Below are positions 9,277-20,556 of a stretch of DNA of 64,000 nt, in pieces (position 1 is the first letter of the stretch; each line of letters begins with the position of its first letter). The position numbers and the translations under genes are program-made. A model generated the notes under the pieces. That model was not told where the DNA came from, made no database searches, and was given only the letters and a program-made list of their open reading frames with translations. Source of the DNA: an uncultured bacterium (GTDB lineage: Bacteria > UBP4 > UBA4092); the NCBI GenBank assembly GCA_964644695.1, contig CAZXWN010000001.1, positions 492,869 through 556,868 of the forward strand. Reading direction: 5' to 3'.

Positions 9277-11529
9277 ATGATTAATAAGAAGAAAATATCT
9301 TTTCAATTTCTTGAAATACTATTTTTGGGCTTAATCTTAATGTTTGGCTTTTATATTAGGATTCTCCCCCAAAATGTAGTTATAACTCCCAGTGAAATTA
9401 ATCTGTTTGCACAAGACCCATATTATCACCTGAGAAGGGTAATCGTTGGGTTGCATAATAACAATACAATTCCAACTTACGACAGCTATTCTGGATACCC
9501 CGAAGGGTTATATTGTTTCTGGTCAAATATTTACGAATACTCCATATTATGGACATCAAATCTCATTGGAAAAGGCAACCCCTCAGTTAGACAAGTCGAA
9601 CTGGTAACGGCATATTCTCCTGTAATTTGGGGACTTCTTTCATTAATACCCATATATCTGGTTATTCGAAAAATATTCGACAGTAAAATCGCATTAGGTT
9701 CACTTTTCCTAATATGCTTATTACCCGCTCATGTTTATCAGACTCTTCTCGGAAGAGCAGATCATTATGGGGCGGATGCTTTCTTCCCATTTTTAGCAAC
9801 ATTTTTAATGCTAAAAGGTCTGGATAATACCAATAAGATATATTTTCCAATTTTATCTGGATTATGTTTGACAGGCGCATGGCTAACTTGGCCGGGCTCC
9901 ACTATCTTTATATTGATAAACTACATTTTTCTGATAGGAATCGTTTGTTATAAATATTTCGCAGAAACTCACGACAATTTCCACTTTAACAATCTGTTTA
10001 TCACTCTTATTTCAAATCTGATCTCGATATTTCCGTTTGCAGCAGGCAGCTGGTGGGGACTAAAAGGGCTCGTTGTCTACGACGCCATCTCATGGTTTCA
10101 TATCTACACTCTGATTTTTATTCTATGTATCGCCCTCATTTGGCGCTCCATTTACTCCATTCATTCAATAAAACAAAAAGCCATTTCAGCATTTTCTTTA
10201 TCACTGGGCTTTGGTTTGCTAATACTTCTTATTTTTCAAAATTTTTCCATGAACTTTCTAAAGGGAATCGGTTGGGTCACAAAATCTGATCCCTGGCTCA
10301 AAACAATTACCGAATTCCAACCTTTATTTATAAGTATGGGAGTATTTTCGTCATTCAGAGCACTTACTTTTTATGGCTATATTATCTTCATATTACCTAT
10401 TATTCTTGGTTTAATGATGTATGTCTGGCATAAGAATAAAGAATGGAACTATGACAAAATTTGGTTTGCATTATATTCAACACTCATAGTTTTTCTTGGA
10501 TACAATCAAATCAGGTTTTCACATTTCATGGTCATAATAGTGGCCATATGCAGTATATGGATTCTGACTAGCTATCAATATATTCGAAAACGAAATTATT
10601 TCATATACATTGCGTATGGATTATTGTGGATTTGTTTTGCCTATTCATTGAGACCAGCAATTGGAGAATTAAAAAGTATAAAAGATAAATACGCCACGGT
10701 TCCAACACCATGGAAAAATACTCTCAAGTGGTTTAGAGAAAACACTGCACCCACAAGCAATTTATATAATACTGCCCAAAAGCCAGAATATGGCATCCTG
10801 GCCCCATGGATAGCAGGACACTGGATCAACTACCTTGGGCAAAGACCAGCTCTGGCAAATGGATTCCATGTAAATGGTATTAATAACCGTGAAGGTATGA
10901 GGTTTTATTTGGCAGAAGATTGGAATACAGCCGTCTCAATATTGGAAACTAAAAAAATCAAATACTTTTGTCTTACTGACAACTCTTTTAATTTAGATGA
11001 GTATGATCAAATATTAGGCAATCTATCAAAGCCCCCAGCTATATTAAAAAAACACATTTCTAAACCAGGTGGCGGATATTTAGTCAGTGTTGAACCCACA
11101 GAAAGATTTTATAATCTAGTCAGTAATCAGTTATACCTCAGAGACAATACGCCATATCTATCAACTCAAAACATACCAGCTCTTTGTTTTGAAACCAAAC
11201 AATCCTGGGATGTTTTTGGAGAAACTGTTCCATGTGTGAAAGTATATGAATTAATTCCTGGGGTTATAGTTAAAGGATTTAGTAAACCCAATTCATGGGT
11301 AAATGTAACAGCAATAATTCAAACCAATACCGGACGGGAATTTACTTTTCTTCAAGAATCTTTTTGCGATTCGAAAGGGGAATATCAATTTCTCCTACCT
11401 TATCCAAATAAGACTATGGATCTTTCAATTGGAGCCATATCACCCTATAGCATAAAATCAATAAATGACACGAAACAAATTGAAGTAACTTCAACAATGA
11501 TACATAAAGGCTCAATCATAAATATCTAA
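9277..11529 (+). CDS. STT3/AglB-like oligosaccharyltransferase (GT-C fold)
   Basis: Many TM helices, DPYYH.RR, DH motif, TITE (TIxE), C-terminal TNTGREFT beta domain; WWDYG replaced by PWIAG. Confidence 0.8.
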   Translation: MINKKKISFQFLEILFLGLILMFGFYIRILPQNVVITPSEINLFAQDPYYHLRRVIVGLHNNNTIPTYDSYSGYPEGLYCFWSNIYEYSILWTSNLIGKGNPSVRQVELVTAYSPVIWGLLSLIPIYLVIRKIFDSKIALGSLFLICLLPAHVYQTLLGRADHYGADAFFPFLATFLMLKGLDNTNKIYFPILSGLCLTGAWLTWPGSTIFILINYIFLIGIVCYKYFAETHDNFHFNNLFITLISNLISIFPFAAGSWWGLKGLVVYDAISWFHIYTLIFILCIALIWRSIYSIHSIKQKAISAFSLSLGFGLLILLIFQNFSMNFLKGIGWVTKSDPWLKTITEFQPLFISMGVFSSFRALTFYGYIIFILPIILGLMMYVWHKNKEWNYDKIWFALYSTLIVFLGYNQIRFSHFMVIIVAICSIWILTSYQYIRKRNYFIYIAYGLLWICFAYSLRPAIGELKSIKDKYATVPTPWKNTLKWFRENTAPTSNLYNTAQKPEYGILAPWIAGHWINYLGQRPALANGFHVNGINNREGMRFYLAEDWNTAVSILETKKIKYFCLTDNSFNLDEYDQILGNLSKPPAILKKHISKPGGGYLVSVEPTERFYNLVSNQLYLRDNTPYLSTQNIPALCFETKQSWDVFGETVPCVKVYELIPGVIVKGFSKPNSWVNVTAIIQTNTGREFTFLQESFCDSKGEYQFLLPYPNKTMDLSIGAISPYSIKSINDTKQIEVTSTMIHKGSIINI

Positions 11530-12992
11530 TAATTTTGATGGATATAACGCAATAAGTTATTTTCCATATCTTGCACAGCATATCTATTCTTGACATTATT
11601 GGCCACAAAACAAAATACGTATTTATTGCCTTTTTGAGTCGTAATGTAACCAGATAAACTTCTGACCCCTTTTATACCACCCGTTTTGCCGCGAAGATCA
11701 TAATGCAAATCACCTAATCTTGACCTCCGAAGACTGCCATCAATACCTGCAATTGATAGAGATTCATAATAGTCATTTCCATATGGTTGTTTATTTGCAT
11801 AGGCCAGTACCATTCCTATTTGTTGTGGAGTTATATGGTTTGATGGTGACAATCCACAACCATCATACTGTTTAAATCCATCAATGGGTATCCGTGCTTT
11901 TTTAAAGACACTAACTGTAACTCTTTCTGCATTTGAATAGCTTCCCAATCTATATTTTCTATAGCCAAGCGATTTAAATATTAATTCAGCAAATATATTA
12001 TGGCTATTTTTATTAACAGGTTTGAGCAGTTCCCTGAGTGGAGGTGAGGTATGTATCGACAAAGAACGATATTTAGAATTAAGAATAGTCCTTGATGGAT
12101 GTTTTATGACCACGACATCCCCTTTAAATTTGATATTATTTTCCTTCAAAATCTCTTTAAATATCGATGCTGTTAGTTCTAAGGGATCCGCAGAAGTCGC
12201 CCAGACGACACCACTTTCTTGCCCTGCCGGTAAATTACCTGATAATACTAGCGAATCAGTATCGTTAATTCGTTTAAATCCAACAGAAAATTTCGATTTA
12301 GGTGAACCGATAGATATGTTGTTTTGAATTTGAACGAAATCATTTGCAGGCAACAAAACAACTGATGTTGATGAATATCCACTTATATTACTCCTGACTT
12401 TGAAATTGATACAATTTTCATTTAGAGGAATTGAGGTAACTTTAGCAGCATAGGATTCCTCTTCATAATCATTTGACCAACCATCCCCCATAAGCTGATT
12501 GTCAAAAGCAGTTGCATCTAAGTATACAGATCCAGATATGTTTTTCACCCCTTGTTCAACAATATCTGAGACCATTTCCCGTAAAATATCTTCCCCTCTT
12601 TCCCCCCAATATCTTTCAGTCAAGGAAGGATCACCTTCACTATACAAAACCACATTCCCATTCAGCGACCCGTCTTTTGAGATTACCCCATCACTTAAAA
12701 TTTTTGTTTGATAGGTATATTCAGAACCAAGAACTTCTAATGCAACAAACGACGTAATCAATTTCAAACATGAAGCAGGAATCTTGGCTTTTTTTTCGTT
12801 ATAACTAAGAATCACATCATGTGGGTCAGATAATGAAGCCACATAAACACCAACATCTGCACCACGCAAACCATTGCTATATATGTGATCTTTTAATATT
12901 GAATCAATACCTAATTTATTATCTGCATTAACAAATAAAAATAATTGAAAATATAGAATTGACAAAATAATGATTTTTATGGATATTCGCAT
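11526..12992 (-). CDS. dacB: D-alanyl-D-alanine carboxypeptidase/endopeptidase (PBP4, peptidase S13)
   Basis: PASCLK (SxxK), SHN (SxN), KTG, GDPSL, DGCGLS; N-terminal signal peptide. Confidence 0.92.
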   Translation of the reverse strand: MRISIKIIILSILYFQLFLFVNADNKLGIDSILKDHIYSNGLRGADVGVYVASLSDPHDVILSYNEKKAKIPASCLKLITSFVALEVLGSEYTYQTKILSDGVISKDGSLNGNVVLYSEGDPSLTERYWGERGEDILREMVSDIVEQGVKNISGSVYLDATAFDNQLMGDGWSNDYEEESYAAKVTSIPLNENCINFKVRSNISGYSSTSVVLLPANDFVQIQNNISIGSPKSKFSVGFKRINDTDSLVLSGNLPAGQESGVVWATSADPLELTASIFKEILKENNIKFKGDVVVIKHPSRTILNSKYRSLSIHTSPPLRELLKPVNKNSHNIFAELIFKSLGYRKYRLGSYSNAERVTVSVFKKARIPIDGFKQYDGCGLSPSNHITPQQIGMVLAYANKQPYGNDYYESLSIAGIDGSLRRSRLGDLHYDLRGKTGGIKGVRSLSGYITTQKGNKYVFCFVANNVKNRYAVQDMENNLLRYIHQNY

Positions 12993-13033
12993 ATAGGTCC
13001 AGTTAAATATTTATTTAAATATTGGAGTTTATT

Positions 13034-13351
13034 ATGACAAATAATTCTGTTTGCGTTAACCACCCCAACCGAGATGCTTACTTACGATGTAACCAGTGCT
13101 GGAAACCACTATGCCAGGAATGTGTCATAAAAACTGACTATGGTGTTTATTGTTCTCATTCTTGTGCTGAAAAAGGCAAGTTATTTAAACAACAGTTAGA
13201 AGCTCAACCAAAGAGAAGTAAGAGAGACATTTTACTTAAGAAAATATTCAAAATCCTTTTCTCCATTACAATATTGCTAATTTTGCTATATGTTTTATAT
13301 TTATTCGGTCCAAGTCCAATTAGTGAATGGCTTGGTATAATATTCAAATAG
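13034..13351 (+). CDS. B-box-type zinc-finger protein with C-terminal TM helix
   Basis: C.NHP......C..C.KP.C..C........CS..C followed by a hydrophobic segment; GGAG before ATG. Confidence 0.75.
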   Translation: MTNNSVCVNHPNRDAYLRCNQCWKPLCQECVIKTDYGVYCSHSCAEKGKLFKQQLEAQPKRSKRDILLKKIFKILFSITILLILLYVLYLFGPSPISEWLGIIFK

Positions 13352-13381
13352 CATCAATTTTGATTTAGAGAGGATTACATC

Positions 13382-14806
13382 GTGGTAAGAGTACGCTTTG
13401 CTCCAAGCCCAACTGGTTATCTCCATGTCGGAGGTGCTAGAACTGCTCTGTTTAATTACTTATTTGCTCGCCATCACAAGGGTACTTTTATTCTAAGAAT
13501 TGAAGATACAGACTTAGAAAGATCTACACAAGAATCAGTCCAAGTTATTCTTGATGGCCTGAGGTGGATGGGTTTGGAATGGGATGAAGGACCTTTCTAT
13601 CAGACACAGCGATTTGATTTATATAAAAACACAGCCCAACGACTTCTTGCGGAAAATAAAGCCTATTACTGCTTTTGTTCATCTGAGACACTTGATGAAA
13701 AACGAAAAGCCGCCATGGCTGCTAAAAGACCTCCCCGTTATGATGGTACATGCGCTAATATTCCACATGCAGAAGCATTAAAACGTATAGCAAATGGTGA
13801 GAAAGCTGTATTACGTTTTAGAAAGTTAGAAGGCATTACTGAAATTAACGATTTGGTTCGTGGAAAAGTAAAATTTGATAACGACCTGTTGGATGATTTC
13901 ATTATTCTCCGGTCAGATGGAACACCAATTTACAACTTTTGTGTTGTCTGTGATGATGTGGATATGAAAATAACCCATGTTATCAGAGGCGAGGATCACT
14001 TATCCAACACTCCACGACAAATGATGCTCTACAAAGCACTTGGCTATCCTACTCCTCAATTCGCCCATATTTCCATGATATTGGGCCCTGATAAGCAAAA
14101 GCTAAGTAAACGTCACGGCGCAGTGTCCGTTCTTGCTTTTAGAGATGAAGGGTATTTACCTGAGTCTTATATGAATTATTTAGCTTTACTTGGATGGGCA
14201 TATGACGACAAAGCTGAATTCTTTACTAAGAACGATTTGATCGAGAAATTTTCTTTAGAACATGTGTCAAAAAATGCAGCTGTATTTGACTATAAGAAAT
14301 GTTCTTGGATGAATGGACAGTATATAAGCCAGTCAACATATGAGAGATTGAGAGAATTAATATTTCCACTAATTGAAAAAGATGGCTTAAATTTGCAGTC
14401 AAGATCGGCAGAATGGATTAAGAATGTTATTGAATTAGAAAAACAACGCGCATTTTACCTTCATGATATTGTTCGAAACTTACATTACTATGTTGATGAT
14501 GAAATTGAAGTAGATCCCAAAGCTTATGAGAAATATTTCAGTAGTGATAAAGCTTTCTATTTATTAGGTAAGATTAGAGATGAATTTATGAACTTGGATG
14601 ATTTCAGTATTAATTCTCTGGAGACTTTATTTCAGACATTCATGAATAATGAGAATATAAAGTTAGGTGAGATCGTTCATCCGATTCGAGTTGCCTTATC
14701 AGGAAAAACTGTTGGTCCAGGCATCTTTGAATTAATTCACTATATGGGTAAGGAAATGACGCTTATAAGAATCAACGCTATTTTGGAAAATAAAAAAATA
14801 GGCTAA
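13382..14806 (+). CDS. gltX: Glutamate--tRNA ligase
   Basis: [14 protein letters not shown] (HIGH), RIEDTD, IRGEDH, KLSKR. Confidence 0.98.
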   Translation: MVRVRFAPSPTGYLHVGGARTALFNYLFARHHKGTFILRIEDTDLERSTQESVQVILDGLRWMGLEWDEGPFYQTQRFDLYKNTAQRLLAENKAYYCFCSSETLDEKRKAAMAAKRPPRYDGTCANIPHAEALKRIANGEKAVLRFRKLEGITEINDLVRGKVKFDNDLLDDFIILRSDGTPIYNFCVVCDDVDMKITHVIRGEDHLSNTPRQMMLYKALGYPTPQFAHISMILGPDKQKLSKRHGAVSVLAFRDEGYLPESYMNYLALLGWAYDDKAEFFTKNDLIEKFSLEHVSKNAAVFDYKKCSWMNGQYISQSTYERLRELIFPLIEKDGLNLQSRSAEWIKNVIELEKQRAFYLHDIVRNLHYYVDDEIEVDPKAYEKYFSSDKAFYLLGKIRDEFMNLDDFSINSLETLFQTFMNNENIKLGEIVHPIRVALSGKTVGPGIFELIHYMGKEMTLIRINAILENKKIG

Positions 14807-14810
14807 TACC

Positions 14811-15224
14811 ATGAAGTTCCATACAGAGTATTTGTGGTTTAACACTAAAAATCATCGCGAATATATTAATATCACCCAGGATTTAGATAAGATTTTAAAG
14901 ACCAGTGGTATTCAAGAAGGAATGCTGTTGGTATCTGCGATGCATATTACAGCAGGTATTTATGTCAATGATGATGAGCCTGGATTGATTTTAGATATCG
15001 ATGAATGGTTGGAATCTATTGCACCTTTCAGAAAAGAATACAAGCATCATCAAACAGGTGAAGATAATGGTGATTCACACTTAAAAAGCATGATAGTTCA
15101 CCATCAGGTTATGGTTCCAATTACAAGTGGGAAATTAGACTTAGGCCCATGGCAACAGGTTTTTTATGCTGAGTTTGACGGTCAGCGAAGAAAAAGAGTC
15201 GTTGTAAAGGTCATGGGTGAATGA
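14811..15224 (+). CDS. yjbQ: YjbQ/UPF0047 family (secondary thiamine-phosphate synthase)
   Basis: [26 protein letters not shown]. Confidence 0.9.
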   Translation: MKFHTEYLWFNTKNHREYINITQDLDKILKTSGIQEGMLLVSAMHITAGIYVNDDEPGLILDIDEWLESIAPFRKEYKHHQTGEDNGDSHLKSMIVHHQVMVPITSGKLDLGPWQQVFYAEFDGQRRKRVVVKVMGE

Positions 15225-16012
15225 AAATCCCTTCCATTATTACCCTAACTTCTGATTTTGGTTTAAGGGATGGGTATGTAGCCTCATTAAAAGGTGTTAT
15301 TTTATCAATAGCTCCACAAACTAATATTGTTGATTTTTGCCATGAAATAAGGCCCCAAGACATACCCCATGGGGCCTTTGTTTTGCACACAACCAGCAAG
15401 TATTTTCCTGATTATTCAATTCATGTAGGAGTAGTAGATCCTGGTGTTGGTTCACAGCGAAGAGCGATTGCCATCAAAACTGAAAAAGCCTTTTATATTG
15501 GCCCAGATAATGGTTTATTCAGCTTGATACTCAATGACAATCCAATTAATGAGATCAGATCAATTGAAAATAATTCATTATTTTTAAACAAAATCAGCAG
15601 CACATTTCATGGAAGAGATATTTTTGCACCTGTAGCTGCCCACATAGCAAATGGGACACCATTTGAAAGCATTGGGAATATCATAACCAATCCAGTAACC
15701 TTAAAATATAAAAGCCCCATATATAACAATGAGTTAATTGTGGGTCATGTGCTTTGCATTGATCACTTTGGGAACATTATTACTAACATTACTAGGAATA
15801 TATGGGAAAAAGTTGTTATAAATAGACGATTTATGATTTTTTGTGGAAAACGTTTGGAGAAAATTAATAACTCTTATTCCGAGACAAATCCTGGAGAAGT
15901 ATTGGCAATATTCAATAGTTCAGATTATCTTGAGATTTCCATAAACTATGGGAACGCCGCCAAACAGCTAGGGTTAGAAATTGGTTCTGAAATAGAAATT
16001 GATCTTCTTTAA
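15221..16012 (+). CDS. SAM-dependent chlorinase/fluorinase family (SAM hydroxide adenosyltransferase, DUF62)
   Basis: [39 protein letters not shown]. Confidence 0.92.
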   Translation: MKIPSIITLTSDFGLRDGYVASLKGVILSIAPQTNIVDFCHEIRPQDIPHGAFVLHTTSKYFPDYSIHVGVVDPGVGSQRRAIAIKTEKAFYIGPDNGLFSLILNDNPINEIRSIENNSLFLNKISSTFHGRDIFAPVAAHIANGTPFESIGNIITNPVTLKYKSPIYNNELIVGHVLCIDHFGNIITNITRNIWEKVVINRRFMIFCGKRLEKINNSYSETNPGEVLAIFNSSDYLEISINYGNAAKQLGLEIGSEIEIDLL

Positions 16013-17403
16013 TAAGCACCTTTTGCTTTTACTACTGCACTAACAGTCTTGATTAAGATTTTAATATCTAGCCAGATTGACCAATGTTCAATGTAATAAA
16101 GATCATATCGAATCATATCTTTAAAAGTCAGGGTTGACCGTCCATTTATTTGCCATAAACCTGTCATTCCTGGTAACACATTCAGCCTGGTCTTTTCCTC
16201 TTCTGAATACTGCTGATACTCTTGAACCAGAGGGGGTCTGGGTCCAACCAAACTCATCTCATCAAAAATAACATTAAATAACTGTGGTAATTCATCAATA
16301 CTCCACCGCCTCAAAAACTTACCGATAGGTGTAATTCTTGGATCGTTTTGAATTTTGAAAAGTGGACCATCGGCTTGATTCTGAGACACGAGTGAATTTT
16401 TATAGTTATCAGCGGCATTCACCATTGACCGAAATTTATAGAGCATAAATGGCTTACCATTTTTACCAACTCGTTTCTGCTTATACAAAACAGAGCCAGG
16501 ATGTTTTCGATCAAGCAAGACTAACAGAAAAGTCATAACCATTATTGGAAAAAAAATAACTACCAGACTAAGTGATAAAGTTAAATCCATTATTCGCTTC
16601 AAAAAGACATTTTTAAAACGAAGCAAGTCGTTATCAATCAAGAAGTAAGGAGTACCAGACATTTCAATTGTTACGGCACTATTCAAAAGGATATCATCAA
16701 TATCCGGTTGATAGTAGAAGTGGATACCCCTACCAGCATATGTTAATAGCAAGTGCGTTAATACACTGCCAGATATAGTTTTGCTTGATATAAATACCTG
16801 CTTCACATCGTTACTTTCTAATATTCTCTCTAAATCACTGATTTTCCCAAGTCGGCTCATGTGTGAATTAACCTCTATATCCGATAGAAAACCAATAAAT
16901 TCAAATGAAGATGAGGTATTAATCAGAACCTGATTTAAATCATCCGGATTTGCAATAATTGCAATAGATTTTAAGGGTAAAGCAACTCTACTGTTTTGAA
17001 AAACACGATAGTAAATATAACGCCACAAAAAGACATAAAAACCAAGCAACAAACCATTTAACAAGATAATAATTCGAGAGTAAGGATACGTTCTAAAGGT
17101 AAATATTATGGCCATTAAAATAAGAGAAGATAATAAGACACCCCCGATAATGGAAGGAATCTTATCAATAATATTTTGACCAGGATTTCGATATAATCCT
17201 GAAAAAAAGAACGCCATTATTGTCAAAATAATGCCCAGGGGTAACAACGAAATATAGGGTTCAAATGGAGTTTGTAAGGACTGATCAAAAAAAGGTAGAT
17301 ATCGACGAAATACAACAGCACTCAACAAAGAAGCGCAAATCGCGATACAATCAATAAGAGTAAATAATATACTCCGTGTTATTCGGTTTTCTGGCCACCA
17401 CAT
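16009..17403 (-). CDS. Polyprenyl glycosylphosphotransferase (WcaJ/CpsE-like sugar transferase)
   Basis: N-terminal TMs, KR.MD, KFRSM, DPRIT..G.FLRR.SIDELPQ, SLVGPRP, PG.TGLWQ. Confidence 0.93.
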   Translation of the reverse strand: MWWPENRITRSILFTLIDCIAICASLLSAVVFRRYLPFFDQSLQTPFEPYISLLPLGIILTIMAFFFSGLYRNPGQNIIDKIPSIIGGVLLSSLILMAIIFTFRTYPYSRIIILLNGLLLGFYVFLWRYIYYRVFQNSRVALPLKSIAIIANPDDLNQVLINTSSSFEFIGFLSDIEVNSHMSRLGKISDLERILESNDVKQVFISSKTISGSVLTHLLLTYAGRGIHFYYQPDIDDILLNSAVTIEMSGTPYFLIDNDLLRFKNVFLKRIMDLTLSLSLVVIFFPIMVMTFLLVLLDRKHPGSVLYKQKRVGKNGKPFMLYKFRSMVNAADNYKNSLVSQNQADGPLFKIQNDPRITPIGKFLRRWSIDELPQLFNVIFDEMSLVGPRPPLVQEYQQYSEEEKTRLNVLPGMTGLWQINGRSTLTFKDMIRYDLYYIEHWSIWLDIKILIKTVSAVVKAKGAY

Positions 17404-17440
17404 AATTAGTTTTCTATCACATTATACCAATAGAGGGTAC

Positions 17441-18823
17441 ATGAAGCTAAATTCTGAAGAAAAAGTTAAATCAACTACTCGTGTGATTGCATATCGACTC
17501 CTGAAAAAAATACAGGATAGTGATGCGTATGCCAATATTATTCTGGATGATTATATTAATAACCATGATATTTCTGTCCAGGATAAAAAATTCTTAACTG
17601 AACTGTTTTATGGCACCATTCGTTATCAACGACAATTAGATTGGGTAATGTATCAGAATAAAACCACACATATTTCTTCCAGAGCTCAAGATGTAAAAAT
17701 ACTTGTCCGCCTTGGCCTTTATCAATTACTACATATGGACAGTGTTCCGGATTATGCGGCTATCAGCGAAACATTGATTACAGCTGAAATGGCAGGATTA
17801 AGTTCCTATAAAAAATACATTAATGGCCTTCTAGCAAATGTTTCAAGACATAAAAATGAAATATTCAAAAATCTTGAAGATACAGATAGAGATATTAAAA
17901 AGGCAGCGATTCTATATTCGCATCCAGATTGGATAGCCGAAGCCTATATGAATCGCCTGGGTTATTCAGACACTATAAAATTAATAGTTCATAACAATCA
18001 CCCACCGAAAACAGTTATCCGAATCAATCAGTTAAAGATTAATCCCAATGAGTTCGTAAAACAATTAGAAAACAAGCAAATTACTTACGAAATCAACTGT
18101 TATTTGCCTGAGGCCATTACCATTACGAGTCCCGTATCGGTCACTGATATTCCAGGTTATGAGGATGGCTTATTTTATGTTCAAGACACTGCATCTCAAA
18201 TCGTTGGATACTCTGTTTCACCTACACCTGGATCAAAGGTCCTGGATATGTGTGCAGCTCCTGGTGGTAAAACATTTTCTATGGCAATTAACATGAAAAA
18301 TCAAGGTCTATTATTAGCAGCAGATATAAATCCAAACAGGATAAAGCTAATACAGGAAAGTGCTCAGCGTCTTGGTCTATCATGCATTAAAACAATTGAA
18401 CATGATGGAACTCAAGTTCTATCAGGATATGAAAATGATAAATTTGATTATGTCCTGGTAGATGCTCCATGTACTGGAACCGGAGTCTTAAGAAGAAAGG
18501 TTGACTCACGCTGGAAAAAATCATTACATGATTTATCGGAACTTACCCGTTTACAAAACCAAATTTTAGATTCGGCCTCACAAATGGTAAGAACGGGTGG
18601 GATTTTGATTTATTCAACCTGTTCATTAACAACCGCTGAAAATGAGAACCGTGTCAAAAAATTCTTATTCAAACATCGTAATTTTCGAGTAGAATCTTTA
18701 TTGGATATCTTGCCAGAATCATGCAAATCCATGGTAACGGATTCTGGATTTTTTCTTTCATTGCCACATCGACATCATATGGATGGATTATTTGCTTGCC
18801 GACTAATTAAATGGACTGAATAA
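17441..18823 (+). CDS. rsmB: 16S rRNA m5C967 methyltransferase
   Basis: NusB-like N-domain, YSHP.W, VQD, DMCAAPGGKT, DAPCTGTG, YSTCS. Confidence 0.95.
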   Translation: MKLNSEEKVKSTTRVIAYRLLKKIQDSDAYANIILDDYINNHDISVQDKKFLTELFYGTIRYQRQLDWVMYQNKTTHISSRAQDVKILVRLGLYQLLHMDSVPDYAAISETLITAEMAGLSSYKKYINGLLANVSRHKNEIFKNLEDTDRDIKKAAILYSHPDWIAEAYMNRLGYSDTIKLIVHNNHPPKTVIRINQLKINPNEFVKQLENKQITYEINCYLPEAITITSPVSVTDIPGYEDGLFYVQDTASQIVGYSVSPTPGSKVLDMCAAPGGKTFSMAINMKNQGLLLAADINPNRIKLIQESAQRLGLSCIKTIEHDGTQVLSGYENDKFDYVLVDAPCTGTGVLRRKVDSRWKKSLHDLSELTRLQNQILDSASQMVRTGGILIYSTCSLTTAENENRVKKFLFKHRNFRVESLLDILPESCKSMVTDSGFFLSLPHRHHMDGLFACRLIKWTE

Positions 18824-19500
18824 TGAATCAAAGAATTGCTGATATATCTCCCTCAATTTTAACTTGTGACTTTACCCAGCTTTATAAATCTCTCGATGTT
18901 GTAAAAAAATCAGGGTGTGACTGGTTGCATCTTGATGTAATGGATGGTCACTTTGTTCCTAACATCAGTATTGGAACACCCGTTGTAAAATCAATCAGAG
19001 AAAATACCTCCTTCTTTTTAGACACCCACTTAATGATATCTGAACCCCTGAAATACATTGAAGCATTCCGCAAAGCAGGAGCAGACCTTCTTACTGTTCA
19101 TATTGAAGTATGTCCAGACATTAAGAATGTAATTAATGCTATACATGCAACAGGTGCAAAAGCGGGCGTATCTATTAACCCCAATACCCCCATTGAATCA
19201 TTGATTGAAGCTATTGGTTTAGCGGATTTATTTCTTGTCATGAGTGTACAACCTGGTTTTGGTGGACAATCTTTTATGCCTGTTGGATTGGATAAACTGA
19301 AATGGTTGAGAGAAAGAGTTGATACTTGTGGTCACCCTACTCTGTTAGAAATTGATGGTGGTATAAATGAAAAGAATCTAAAATCAGTTATTGATGCGGG
19401 TGCAGACCGCATTGTAATTGGTTCAGCCATTTTTAATCATGCAAATCCTGATGAGAAAATGGCTTTCTATCGTAAGTCAGCGTTGGGAGAGTTGTCTTGA
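18823..19500 (+). CDS. rpe: Ribulose-phosphate 3-epimerase
   Basis: SPSIL, HLDVMDGHFVPN, MSV.PGFGGQ, EIDGG. Confidence 0.97.
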   Translation: MNQRIADISPSILTCDFTQLYKSLDVVKKSGCDWLHLDVMDGHFVPNISIGTPVVKSIRENTSFFLDTHLMISEPLKYIEAFRKAGADLLTVHIEVCPDIKNVINAIHATGAKAGVSINPNTPIESLIEAIGLADLFLVMSVQPGFGGQSFMPVGLDKLKWLRERVDTCGHPTLLEIDGGINEKNLKSVIDAGADRIVIGSAIFNHANPDEKMAFYRKSALGELS

Positions 19501-20549
19501 AAACACTTCTTTTTAGTGAACATCTTAAAGCAGGCGGCCGTATTGTAGATTTTGCTGGATGGGAATTGCCGGTCGTCTATACAAGTATAGTGGATGAACA
19601 TATATCTGTCCGTAAACATGTAGGTTTGTTTGATGTATCCCACTTGGGACGATTATTACTTAAAGGTGATCTTCAGACTCAACTGGATGCGATTCAATAT
19701 TTATCCACAAATGACTTTTCTGATCTAGCTGTTGGCAGTATTCGATATGGATTAATATGTAACAATGAGGGGGGCGTTGAAGATGACATCCTCATTTATC
19801 GTAAACAAGATTCTTACCTCATCATAGTCAATGCATCCAACAAAGATAAAATCGTCCAAATAATAGAAAACATTCCCGTTCCGATTAAGATCGAAGATCA
19901 GACTAATCAAACTGCCATGATTGCTATTCAAGGACCCGATGCCGACAAATTGATTCAAGATGTTTTGTCCCTGGATGTAACCTCCATGAAAAAGTATACC
20001 TTCATTGAATATGAGGGATTAATCATATCGCGGACTGGATATACTGGAGAGAATGGCTTTGAAATAATTGTCCCAGAAAATGGAGCTATTGAATTCTGGA
20101 GTTCTTTAGTTTCATCTCATATTCATCCTCAATTATGTGGATTAGGGGCCAGAGATACATTAAGACTTGAGGCCGGAAATCCTCTATATGGACATGAAAT
20201 GAATTCGCATACCAATCCTTTTAGCGCCGGATTTGGTTTTGCAATTAAATTAGATAAAACCGACTTTATTGGAAAAGATGCTCTATTAAAGATGAAGTCA
20301 GAGAAGCTGAAAGAAAAATTGGTCGGTTTAACCCTCACGGGAACAGGTATTCCTCGTGATGGATATGAAGTATATTCAGAGAATCAACTTATTGGAAAAG
20401 TAACAAGTGGTTCCTACATTCCTGGCCTGAATAAAAGCGTAGCATTAGCATACATTAACAGCGAATATTCGACTATTGGAACTCAAGTAAACATACAAAT
20501 TCGTAATCGGGCTTGCCCTGCTGTGGTAGGTCCCAAAAAATGGAGGTAG
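19497..20549 (+). CDS. gcvT: Glycine cleavage system aminomethyltransferase T
   Basis: FAGWELP, FDVSHLG, SRTGYTGENGFE, GLGARDTLRLEAG. Confidence 0.96.
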   Translation: MKTLLFSEHLKAGGRIVDFAGWELPVVYTSIVDEHISVRKHVGLFDVSHLGRLLLKGDLQTQLDAIQYLSTNDFSDLAVGSIRYGLICNNEGGVEDDILIYRKQDSYLIIVNASNKDKIVQIIENIPVPIKIEDQTNQTAMIAIQGPDADKLIQDVLSLDVTSMKKYTFIEYEGLIISRTGYTGENGFEIIVPENGAIEFWSSLVSSHIHPQLCGLGARDTLRLEAGNPLYGHEMNSHTNPFSAGFGFAIKLDKTDFIGKDALLKMKSEKLKEKLVGLTLTGTGIPRDGYEVYSENQLIGKVTSGSYIPGLNKSVALAYINSEYSTIGTQVNIQIRNRACPAVVGPKKWR

Positions 20550-20556
20550 CTATATT

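Noticed and set aside
9263-9282. GATAATGATAAATCATGATT as a Fur box
   Set aside because: Needs an indel to fit, the context is AT-rich and the flanking genes are not iron-related
15221-16012. DUF62 gene as a halogenase in a natural-product cluster
   Set aside because: Housekeeping context with no biosynthetic genes; a SAM hydrolase-type member is more likely
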